Shown piece by piece: positions 42,935 through 53,017 of a stretch of 64,000 bases of DNA. The position numbers and the translations under genes were made by a program. The number at the start of each line of letters is the position of its first letter. Position 1 is the stretch's first letter. Below the pieces are notes generated by a model, which had not been told where the DNA came from, did no database searches, and saw only the letters and a program-made list of their open reading frames with translations. Source of the DNA: Octopus sinensis (lineage: Eukaryota); assembly GCF_006345805.1 (NCBI RefSeq), contig NC_043010.1:40548001-40612000 (forward strand), given 5' to 3'.

Positions 42935-43272
42935 ATGCGCATGGCTCAGTGGTTAGAGCGTCGAGATTACGATCGTGAGGTTGTGAGCTCGAATCCCGGA
43001 CCGGGCTGCGTGTTGTGTTCTTGCGCAAGGCACTTTATTTCACGTTGCTCCAGTTCACTCAACTGTAGAAACGAGTTGCGACGTCACTGGTGCCAAGCTG
43101 TATCGACCTTTGTCTTTCCCTTGGATAACACTGGTGGCGTGGAGAGGAGAGGCTGGTATGCATGGGCGACTGCTGGTCTTCCATAAACAACCTTGCCCGG
43201 ACTTGTGTCTAGGAGGGTAACTTTCTAGGTGCAATCCCATGGTCATTCAATACCGAAGGGGGTCTTTACCCT
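42935..43272 (+). mobile_element. SINE family B head/core with an alternative tail (GGAGGGTAACTTTCTAGGTGCAATCCCATGG...GAAGGGGG)
   Basis: TGGCTCAGTGG A box, GAGCTCGAATCC B box; same element reversed at 54428-54737. Confidence 0.85.
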
Positions 43273-44333
43273 GTGTGGAGTTATTGTTCAGTCGCGGTTC
43301 AGGTCTGATGAAGTAGACAAATAACGAAAGGCGTATCAACTGTGACCAACCATCTTTTTATTTAAGCAAAATGAATCAAGAATTTACAATACACAACGCT
43401 TCCCTTTTTCGGACGGGGATTAATTGTAAGGAGATTTGGCTACTATTACAAGCAGGTCGAGAAACCAAGTAGCTACTATCCAATTTAAGAATTGTATCTG
43501 TCGTTCGCTCATTCGTTTATTCTTTTGTCGATCCGCTGTAGTGTTGATCTGCATTATGAAGTTACACTGCTCATAAGATTCCTTGGTTGATGATTAATCT
43601 TTTGAAAACATTCCATTTCTCCTCACTGGATATTAAATAGGCTTCGCAGCGTGATTCCAATGAACTCATATTACGACATTCTTGACAAACTCTTCATAGC
43701 ATTCTTACATTTCTAGCATGATAGCATTTATCATTTGTAGTATTAATCACGTTCTCGATAAATAATTAACAATAGAAATAATAACAACACCACCAACAAC
43801 AACAACGACAACAATTATAATAACAGTATCAACTTTTCTCAAAAAGCCTGCAGTTTCTGGGGAGGGGGTTGGTCGATTAAATCAAACACTGAGCGCAACG
43901 GGGACTTATTATATCGAAAGCCAAAGGATGAACGACAAAGACGAACTCCACGAAATTTGAACTCAGAACATAAAAGCGGAGGAAATACCGCTAAGCACTT
44001 CGTCCGGCGTGCTAACGAATCTGCCAGCTTGTCAACTAACAACAAAAAGATTAACAATAATAATGATGGTTTCGAATTTTCGCACAAGGCCAGCAATTTT
44101 GCGGGAGGGCACAAGTCGATTACATCAACCCCAGTGTTCAACAAGTATTTATTTTATCGACGCCGAAAGGATGAAATGCAAGGTCGACTCTAGTGTCATC
44201 TCATCTCAGAACTTAACGTCCGAAGAAATGGCACGAAGCATTTTTTCCGGTGTGCTAACGATTCTGCCAGCTCATCGCCTTATTAACAACAACAACAACA
44301 ATAATAGTAATAATAATATAATAATAATAATAA

Positions 44334-44878
44334 ATGCCCTGATGCAGCACCAGGCAGTGGCTCTCGTGGCTTCTGATCTTAACTGATTGAAAGTGTCATC
44401 ATGTACATTGTTCTGTCTTGGTATAAAAGATAGGCTACAGCAAATATTCCTCTAAATGCTTGTCAGTTGTTTGACCTTAACCAGTTGAGCAAGTCCCCAA
44501 ATGACTGACGATATGTGCATCTCTGATCACGAGCAGAAGTAGTGGGGAAGCATCATAGCCATGTGTTGAGAGGAAATCTTTGGGGTTTGGATAATTCACC
44601 TTTGGAAACATGGGTGTTTCGTTCAAGATCGTTAAACAACCCTTATTCAGGGACCTTTAGAGCGGGATGGGCTACTCGACCAGAGGAAAATTCTAGCCGG
44701 GCCCCACCTGCAAGGTCATGTGCTGTTTATCTTGATATGAGATCACCATGTCGCGCACATATGGTTGTGATGCATGTGCTTGGTGTACTCTTATCAGACG
44801 GGTAGTCATGATAGGTATACTGGGCTTCGTATATTTTACCCCAGTGTCACTGTGATGGCATGCACTGCTCTCTCACTC
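44334..44878. mobile_element. Unclassified interspersed insert bounded by (TAA)n on both sides; short second insert 44905-44983
   Basis: Abrupt compositional shift inside a (TAA)n tract; no coding motif recognised. Confidence 0.45.
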
Positions 44879-45417
44879 AATAATAATAATATAATAATAA
44901 TAATTCTCTTTATCCCCGTCTGTCTTGATAGACAATGGGTTGCGCCAAGGGTGGGGCCTACTTTGGTGATGTGCAGCGTCTGCTAATAATAATAATAACC
45001 GCAATAACAACAACAACAACGTTAGAAATTTATATATCATATATCGCTAGTCGGTACAACCTAGTGATTAGCGCTACTTTGCAGTATCCTGTCATTACTT
45101 TTTTTCGGATTTTCTTCTTGCTGTTACACATCCTATTTACTGGTTATTAAGAGTGATATATGTTCTGCTCTGTTTCATTAGATTTTAATATCTTATTCAT
45201 CCAATACATAATCAAACTACATTTGATTTTTGTACGCTACAATACGTGTGATACTTGTATCTTTACTGGCATTTAACGCCATTGCTTCATTTCCGGGCAA
45301 TTTGATTTTCTAGTGGTAAATGGCTTATTCTAGTCGTCTAAAGGAGTTATCATTAGTAACGTTTGTTTACATGTAGGTCTTTTTCAATGAAACCTTCATT
45401 AATGGTTGATCATTGAC

Positions 45418-45461
<44 letters not shown>

Positions 45462-45490
45462 ATATATATAAATAATATAAGAATATATAT

Positions 45491-45537
<47 letters not shown>

Positions 45538-45542
45538 TATAA

Positions 45543-45594
<52 letters not shown>

Positions 45595-45621
45595 GTATAT
45601 ATATATACGTATATATATATA

Positions 45622-46010
45622 CTAGCAGTATCGCCCGGCGTTGCTCGGGTTGTAAGGGAAATAATTATATAAGCTTTTTAGAGATGTAAAGTATAATAGC
45701 CATCTCAATAGGCTAACCACAAAGGGGGAGGGGTGTTACTGTAGCTTTTTACGTTCTGAGATTAATAATAAATTTTAGAGAGTTACTTCCCTTATATATG
45801 TCAAAAATGGATTAAAAATGGGAAAAATTGATGGTAAATTTTTTTAAAATCGTAGACTCATCGTAGACGCGCGCTAATACCAGACGGTCTCGATATGAAT
45901 CACGACTATAAGATACCCGGTTTTGGTTAAACTGCACCGCAAAATGTGGGAGTAGTTAGGAATCTAAATCGTAGGAGACAGACACACAACCTCACTTTTA
46001 TATATAAAGA
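45622..46010 (-). mobile_element. Non-autonomous Helitron H1 copy 5
   Basis: A|TC...hairpin-CTAG|T termini on minus strand. Confidence 0.85.
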
Positions 46011-46172
46011 TTTCCTCTATTTACATAATATTGAGGTCTCTTTCTTTCTTTTGTTATCTTACTGTTTTTACCAATATACATATATATATATATATAAATA
46101 TATATATAGTTACAGAGATGTACTTGCATAGCAAGTGACTTGATCTGAGATCGTGTGCTGGAACGAAAACAG

Positions 46173-46428
46173 TTGCAGCGTGAAGGTGTTTATAAGCCAT
46201 TTAAGAAACACACAAAAACCGTTAGATTCACTTCAACATTTAAATTTAATTTGTCAAAAATTTTCGTCGCTTTGAGACCGCGACCTGTTAGCACGATATT
46301 TTTGTCAGTGAACAGGTCGCGGTCTGAAAGCGACGAAAATATTTTGGCGAATTAAATTTAAATGTTGAAGTGAATGTAACGGTTTTTGTGGTTTCTTAAA
46401 TGGCTTAGAAACACCTTCCAGGCTGCAA
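46173..46428. repeat. Long palindrome (~117-bp arms, ~20-nt loop); single arm also at 56633-56737
   Basis: TTGCAGCGTGAAGGTGTTT...GACCGCGACCTGTT vs AACAGGTCGCGGTC...AAACACCTTCCAGGCTGCAA. Confidence 0.9.
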
Positions 46429-46789
46429 TATATATATACACACATATATATATGTATGTATGTATGTATGTGTGTATATGTGTATGCATGTATGTGTGTG
46501 TGTGTGCGTGTCTGTGCTTGTGATGTCCTCCACCACTGCTTGACAACGAATGTTGGTTTGTTTACATCCCTGTCACCTAGTGGTTTGACAAAGGAAACAG
46601 ATAGAATAAGTACAATGCTTACAAAAATAAAACTGGAGTTGATTCATTAAACTACAATTCTTCAAGGCCTTTGCCCCAGCATGGCCACAGACCAATGGCT
46701 GGAAAAAGCAGAAGAATAAAGAATACATTCTCTGCTTTGGTCATATGTTGAAGGCATGAGAAAGCTTGAGTTTACATGAGAAGGCCTAA

Positions 46790-47268
46790 CAGACCTGGTA
46801 GAAACAGCAGCCAAATCTCCCTCAAATCACACCTTACTGTCTATGTATGTATATATATATGAGCCAATGAGGGGGACCTCTACATGGTAGCTAGACCTGG
46901 TAGAAATAGCAGCCAAATTTCCCCCAAATCACATCTTACGTCTTATCTATGTATATATGTATGTATGAGCCTATGAGGGAGACCCCTACATGGCAGCTAG
47001 ACCTGGTAGAAATAGCAGCCAAATTTCCCCCAAATCACACCTTACCGTCTTATCTATGTATATATGTATGTATGAGCCTATGAGGGAGACCCCTACATGG
47101 CAGCTAGACCTGGTAGAAATAGCAGCCAAATTTCCCCCAAAACACACTTTACTGTCTTATCTATGTATATATGTATGTATGAGCCTATGAGGGAGACCCC
47201 TACATGGCAGCTAGACATGGTAGAAATAGCAGCCAAATCTCCCTCAAATCACACCTTACTGTCTTATC
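46790..47268. repeat. 107-bp tandem repeat, ~4.5 units
   Basis: ATGAGCCTATGAGGGAGACCCCTACATGGCAGCTAGACCTGGTAGAAATAGCAGCC recurs at 107-bp spacing (ORF starts 46990, 47097, 47204). Confidence 0.93.
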
Positions 47269-47494
47269 TTTCTGCTACTTGGATATAGGTGTTATATTCG
47301 TCGTAAAAAAACTTTCCTGTCACACACTCACGCACACGCACACACACACACACACACGCACCCTCACACACACACACGCGCGCACACCCACACACACCCA
47401 CTCACACACACGCACGTTAGCTTACAATTTTATTTATATATTTGCGTGTCTGTGTGGAAAGAGGAAGTGGGAGGCAGAGTGAAAGAATCACTCA

Positions 47495-47779
47495 CTACAG
47501 TAAGTCAATTACTTTCATTTTATTCGTTGCCCACTGTGTGTGTGCGTTTGCGTGTGCTGTAAACCAGACTAAGAAAAGCATTTGACACACACACCAGAAT
47601 GTGAGTTTTCTGTAAATTTTGCTTAACTGGAGTTTAAATTTTAAAAACTGGACCTGGCATGACGCGATGCATTGTACTCTTAAAAATGCAAGGTAAATTG
47701 TAATTGAAGAAATCCTATATTGTAGATTTGTATAACTCCCAAAGGGAGGCAGATAAAATCTGCCTTTTATAATAAGAGA
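47495..47779 (-). mobile_element. Helitron-like 5' terminal fragment (second family)
   Basis: Minus strand A|TCTCTTATTATAAAAGGCAGATTTTATCTGCC. Confidence 0.5.
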
Positions 47780-48358
47780 TATAATATAAGAATATATATA
47801 TATATCTTTATATATATAAAACTGAGAATGTGTGTCTGTCTGTCTGTGTTTCCCTAAAACTTGAGAACCACACAAACAATTTCATTCAAATTTTACACAT
47901 GCCTTACTTAGGGTCCGGGAGGTGTCATGGGCAAAAAGAATGTTCAACTTCCTGCCTAGAGCGAGCCCATAGCAATATCATATCTTCTCCACTATTTCAG
48001 TATTACGTGCTAAACGTGAAACAAAAACGTTTCTCTATTTTATGTCAGATACTTTCACTTTAACAATAAAAATAATAATAACAATTTAATTATATGTAGT
48101 AAGTAATAATTAAAATCAAACTAAAGTATAATATAATCGTAACATAACAAAAGTAAAAATAGCAATTGGTATAAAATTGCATCAATCACTTGAACGTGAA
48201 TAAGTGGTTTCACATGAATGGGAATAAATTAAAAATAAAATTAGCGTGCAGAAATGGAATAGACCAGATGGATAATAAAAAATTAAATTAAAGAAAACAC
48301 TATTGTCTATAAAGTATACAATGTAGAGAAAAAAGAAGATTTGAACAAGCGTCGGAAA

Positions 48359-50266
48359 TCTATCCACGTGTGTTGTGAGTTGTTTTGTATGTGAGGGTTG
48401 GAAAGGGGAACTGTTAAAAATTGTCAAAGGGTTGAGTCGCGCGAGGCGTTTGCCGCTGCGTGTTTGAACCTTTTATGGAGGGTGTGTCGACCCTCAAGTC
48501 GTGCAGACTTGCGCGGGGGTCGCCACAACAAAAAGTGACGAGTCTCTTGGAATAAAAGAGGTGTTCTTTGGAAAGGAACAATTGAAGGAGTGCGAGAGGT
48601 TCGTCAAGGGGGGGGGGTGACAGCGTGAAGCTGGTCCCGCCTGTGGAAACAGTGGAAGAGAGGAGTAGCGGGACGATAGCGTGTAGAACGCAAGATGGAA
48701 GCGCGTGGGGGCTGGTGGGAGTGACGATTGAAGAAATAGAGAAATGTCTGGGGGACATCATGAAAAAAGCGACTTTTGTAGACAGAGGAAAGAAATATGG
48801 TACGGTGGAGTGAGATGCGCAACAAAGGAAGTGGCGGCCTCATTGGCTTCCACTGTCCTGAAAGCGGAAAATTTCACCATGTGGCCGACGTATAAAGGAA
48901 GACGTGGGGTACGGGTAAGAGTCCCAAAGGTGCCCCCAGATATTAAAACAGAAATGCTGGTAACAGCCATTATTGGGGCAGCAAAAGAGGAAGTAGAAAT
49001 AGGGTCAATTAAGGAGAACGAACGTTGTAAATTGGAAGGAATTCGGATAGAGTTGTGGCTGATGGCCACAATGGAAGACATCGAAAGATTTCCCTTCCAA
49101 ATAGAAATAGAAAACGAGAAAACAATTAGTGTAATAGTGGAAGGCAGAAAACCGAATTGCTACCTGTGCGGATCAAGAGGGCACATAAAAAAGGAATGTC
49201 CGCTGTATGAATTCACAGCGGAGCAAAAAGAGACACAAAGTGGAGAGAAGGAAAACGAACACGAAGGAAAGAACAGCGAAAACAAGGAAAAGGAAATAAC
49301 GGAGAAACAACAAGAGAAGGGAAGTAACAGCGCACTGAAGGAAAATGAAAACAAAGGAAGAAGATAGTAGAAAAGGAGCAAAATTCACAGGGTGCAGAAG
49401 TAGTGGAGAAGGAGCCAAGGCAGAAGCAAGAGAAAGAAAAGGAAAGTACATTAAAGGAAAGAGAAAAAGCAGGAAAAGAACAAGAGAAGGAACAGAACCA
49501 AGAGAAAGGAAAAGATGGTATGCAAAAAGGAAAAGAAACAACAGGAAAGGAACTTAAGCACAGGGTAGAGAGACGGCAGACAAAGAGCCAAAAGACAAGA
49601 GAAGGAAAAGAAAGAGAGAAAGCAAAAAGAGAGAAAGAGAGAGACCGAGGGAGGAGAAAAAAGAGGAAGTAAGTCCTAAGAGAAAAACTAGAGAAAACGT
49701 AGGTACGAATAGAAAATTCAAATACTATGGAACGTTGATCCATCACAGGCACTGTGAGGAGATGGAAGATTTAATAAACGTAACAAACGGATATACGTGG
49801 GTCAGGATGGGCACCGAATGGAAAGAAACAGGTGCACTCGTCCACGAGAACGACGCCGAGGCGTTCATCGAGGCAGCTGGCAAGAACGTGTCAAAACATA
49901 TGAAATGCCGACTTACAAGGTGGCCTCGAACGATGGAAGTTTACTCAGATTTGGTAGACATAATGGAGTATATATAAAAGAAAAGGTATTGTGAAAACTT
50001 TAATTTGGAAATGATAAAAAGAACTTTAAATTCTGAAAAAAAAAAAGAAATGTTGAACTTTGTAAAACTTTTGAAATGTATGTTGAAAATGTATAAAATG
50101 TTTTATTTGGAAAATATTGTTGACGAATAAAAAACAAATGACGAAATGTAACCGCTCGATTTCGGGGATCGAGTGGGCATTACACCACATGTACAACTTC
50201 ATAATTCATTATTCATTTTCCCGATTATATTGTCCCATCTATGTAGCCCCTAGTGGGTAATAATAA
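48359..50266 (+). mobile_element. ORF1-only non-autonomous non-LTR retroelement, copy 1
   Basis: Starts TCTAT; single disrupted ORF; 3' UTR hairpin; ends TTGTCCCATCTATGTAGCCCCTAGTGGGTAATAATAAA; colinear with 50282-52037. Confidence 0.82.
48501..49977 (+). pseudogene. Gag/ORF1-like zinc-knuckle protein, copy 1 (start ATG->GTG, frameshifts)
   Basis: VRVRVPKVPPDI..VIVEGRKPNCYLCGSRGHIKKEC (CX2CX4HX4C), K/E-rich linker, C-terminal domain ending IMEYI*. Confidence 0.85.
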
Positions 50267-50281
50267 AACAAATGGAGGAAA

Positions 50282-52037
50282 TCTATGCGTGTTGTTATCT
50301 GTGACTAGACGGTGAAATTTTTTCTGTGTAACTTGATTTGATATCGCGCGTGGCGTTTGCCTCCACGTGTGGAAACCTTCCGAAGAAGGTGAATTGACCC
50401 TCTAGTCATGGCGACTTACGTGGGGGTCACCGGGAAAAATAACGATTCGTCGATAATCATAAAGGAGGTTTTCTTTGAGAAGGATAAACTCAAAGAATAT
50501 GAAAAGCTCTTCAAAAGGGAGGGTGATAGCGTAAAGCTAATCCCCCCCGCGAAAGCAAAAGAGGATAAAGAAAGCAAGACAGTGACATACAGAACCCAAG
50601 ACAAAAATACGAAGAAACTGGCAAGAGTGGAGATAGTCGAAATTGAAAAATGTCTGGGAGACATAATGGGGAAAATAACCTACGTGAGTAGCGGCAAGAA
50701 ATTTGGTACGGTGGAGGTGAGATGTGCAACGGAAGAAATTGCGGCATCACTGGCTACCACCGTACTAAGAGCCGAAAAATTCACAATGTGGCCCTCATAC
50801 AAGGGAAGAAGAGGGGTCCGGGTTAAAATCCCGAATATACCCCCAGAAGTGAAAACAGAATGGCTGGCAACAGCTATTCTAGGAGCAGCAGAAGAGGAAG
50901 TGGAGGTGGAATCAATTACGGAGTCCAACGCGGTAAACTGGAGAGGATATGGGGAAGAATTGTGGTTGATGGCCACAAAAGAGGATATTGAAAGGTTCCC
51001 ATACAGAATTGAAATTGAAGAGGAAAAAACCCTCAGCGTAATTGTAGAGGGGAGAAAACCAAACTGTTACTTGTGTGGGACAAGGGGGCACATAAAAAAG
51101 AGTGCCCGTTATACGAATTCGTAGCGGAGTGCGAGCAGAACTTGAAGAAAACAAGAATACTGTAAATGAGAAAGAAAACATAGAAAAGGAAACAAAACAA
51201 CAAGAGAAAGGAAATAATAAGTCAATGAAGGAAAAAGAAATAAAAGAAAAGAAAGAAATAGAACCAAAACAGAGTCAGGAAAAAAAAAAGGAAAAGAAAC
51301 AATAGGAAAAAACAAGAGAGAGATCAGAATCAAACGAAAAGAAAAGACGGCACACAAAAGGAAAAGAAAAGGAACATAAAACACGAGAGAAGAGAGAACA
51401 GAGAAAGAACCAAAAAGACAAGAGAAGGAAGGAGAAAGAAAAGAAGGCAAAAAGAGAGAAAGAGAGAAACAAAGAGAGGAGAACAAGGAAGAAATAAGCC
51501 CGAAAATGAAAATGAAGGAAAACGTAGGACGGAAACAAGATTACTATTACTACAAGTTAGTAACCTTCCATTTCTGCCCTGAAATGAAAGACTTGACATG
51601 TAAAACGGAGGGACATATATGGGTCAACAGGATGACCGATCGGTGGCAGGAGACTGCTCTAATCCCCGAAGAAAGAGTCGCTGAGTTCCTCAGAGCTGCC
51701 GGAGAGAGTGTAATATTTTACACGAAGGTTCGAGTGAGAGAGCGGCTGCCTGAGGGCTCAGTGATGGACTTCAGAGAAGTGGAAACTATGATAGAATATG
51801 TATAGAATTGTGAGAAGAAGAAAAAAAAAGAGAAAAAAGAAAATTTTGTGAAATATATGTGACGAAAATGTAACCTCTCGATTCCGGGGATCGAGTGGGC
51901 ATTTACATCTCATTGTAAATATTTTCATATGTCATTTTTTACTTTTATTTTTTCCTTTTCTTGTCATTCGCTTTCTTATTTTAAGTTCTCCGATTGTATT
52001 GTCCCATCTATGTTCGCCCCTTGTGGGTAGTAATAAA
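50282..52037 (+). mobile_element. ORF1-only non-autonomous non-LTR retroelement, copy 2
   Basis: Starts TCTAT; ends TTGTCCCATCTATGTTCGCCCCTTGTGGGTAGTAATAAA. Confidence 0.82.
50408..51805 (+). pseudogene. Gag/ORF1-like zinc-knuckle protein, copy 2 (frameshifts fall in A-runs, may be assembly errors)
   Basis: ORF 50408-51124 to CYLCGTRGHIKK(EC), K/E linker, ORF 51506-51805 ending MIEYV*. Confidence 0.85.
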
Positions 52038-52040
52038 ATC

Positions 52041-52340
52041 AAATGGAGGAAAGCACCTTCGAAAAGTGTCTTGGCGCGACTATGAAAGGTATCTAATCAG
52101 AGGCGGTAAATTCGCCACAATAGAAGCAAGGTTCGAGTCAACGGAGCGTGCAAGGGAGTACTCGACTCGAACTTGCAAAGTGGAAATATTTTATTTTTAC
52201 CTTTATATCTGTGACGTAGGACGTCCCGGAAAAAAAATTTAAATGCCCCATCCCCCAGAAGTAGAGGTAGGATGGATTGTAGCCACACTTCTATACAAGA
52301 GGGAGGACAAGATACAATTTATCGAAATTACAAGAGACTG
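52041..52340 (+). pseudogene. Right half of an older, diverged ORF1 homolog (left half at ~48270-48358) interrupted by copies 1 and 2
   Basis: Left ENTIVYKVYNVEKK.RFEQ joins right MEESTFEKCLG..RGGKFATIEARF..IPPEVEVGWIVATLL, aligning with copy 2 SKTVTYRTQDKNTKKLARVEIVEIEKCLG..GKKFGTVEVRC..IPPEVKTEWLATAIL. Confidence 0.75.
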
Positions 52341-52963
52341 GCTAACAATTCCAGTCTGTTATATATTTTGAGTATTGTTATCACTAGCGATATCAAGATG
52401 TAACTTTGTATTTTGTATATTATGTGTAGATGTATATATATCTAGATGTACATGTAATATGTACACATATATATACACATATATACATGCACTAGACTAT
52501 GACCCGGCAACGACGGATCTTTAATGCTAGTATATATATAAATATACATATAGATATAATACATATACAATACATATATATATATATATATACATATAAA
52601 TATATATATAATATATAGGTATATATATACATATAAATATATATATAATATATAGGTATATATATATATATAATATATATATATATAGATATATATATAT
52701 ATATATACACATATATGTATAAGATGTATTGGTATCTAGAAGACCCAAAGAGTGGCAGGTAATGAGTGCGATGGGCAGACCGTAGTTAAACTCTTGGTTC
52801 GATAGTGATACGAGTTAGGAGTCTATGTGGGTCTTGTATTAGCATTCATATATATATGAATTTTGTCTAAGATATATATATACACACTCACACTTACATC
52901 CACAAACACACGAACTCACACACGAACACACACATACATATATGTACATATATATATATATAC

Positions 52964-53017
<54 letters not shown>

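Larger units (their letters stand above)
47805..52530 (+). mobile_element. Putative Helitron (third family) enclosing the nested ORF1 elements
   Basis: 5' A|TCTTTATATATATAAAACTGAGAATGTGTGTCTGTCTG (same style as H1 5' end); 3' hairpin GACCCGGCAACGACGGATC + CTAG|T at 52527-52531; pairing of the two ends is inferred. Confidence 0.5.

Noticed and set aside
42935-43010. tRNA gene candidates (also 1666, 33270-33342)
   Set aside because: A/B boxes continue into SINE bodies and lack a proper acceptor stem; they are SINE heads
40804-47779. One 7-kb minus-strand Helitron joining the 3' end at 40804 with the 5' end at 47779
   Set aside because: No evidence the two ends are from the same family; interior is ordinary mixed repeats
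48359-52037. Host zinc-knuckle gene tandem duplication or LTR retrotransposon gag
   Set aside because: No introns, LTRs, PBS, protease or RT; LINE-type 3' tail and junction duplications favour non-LTR retroelements
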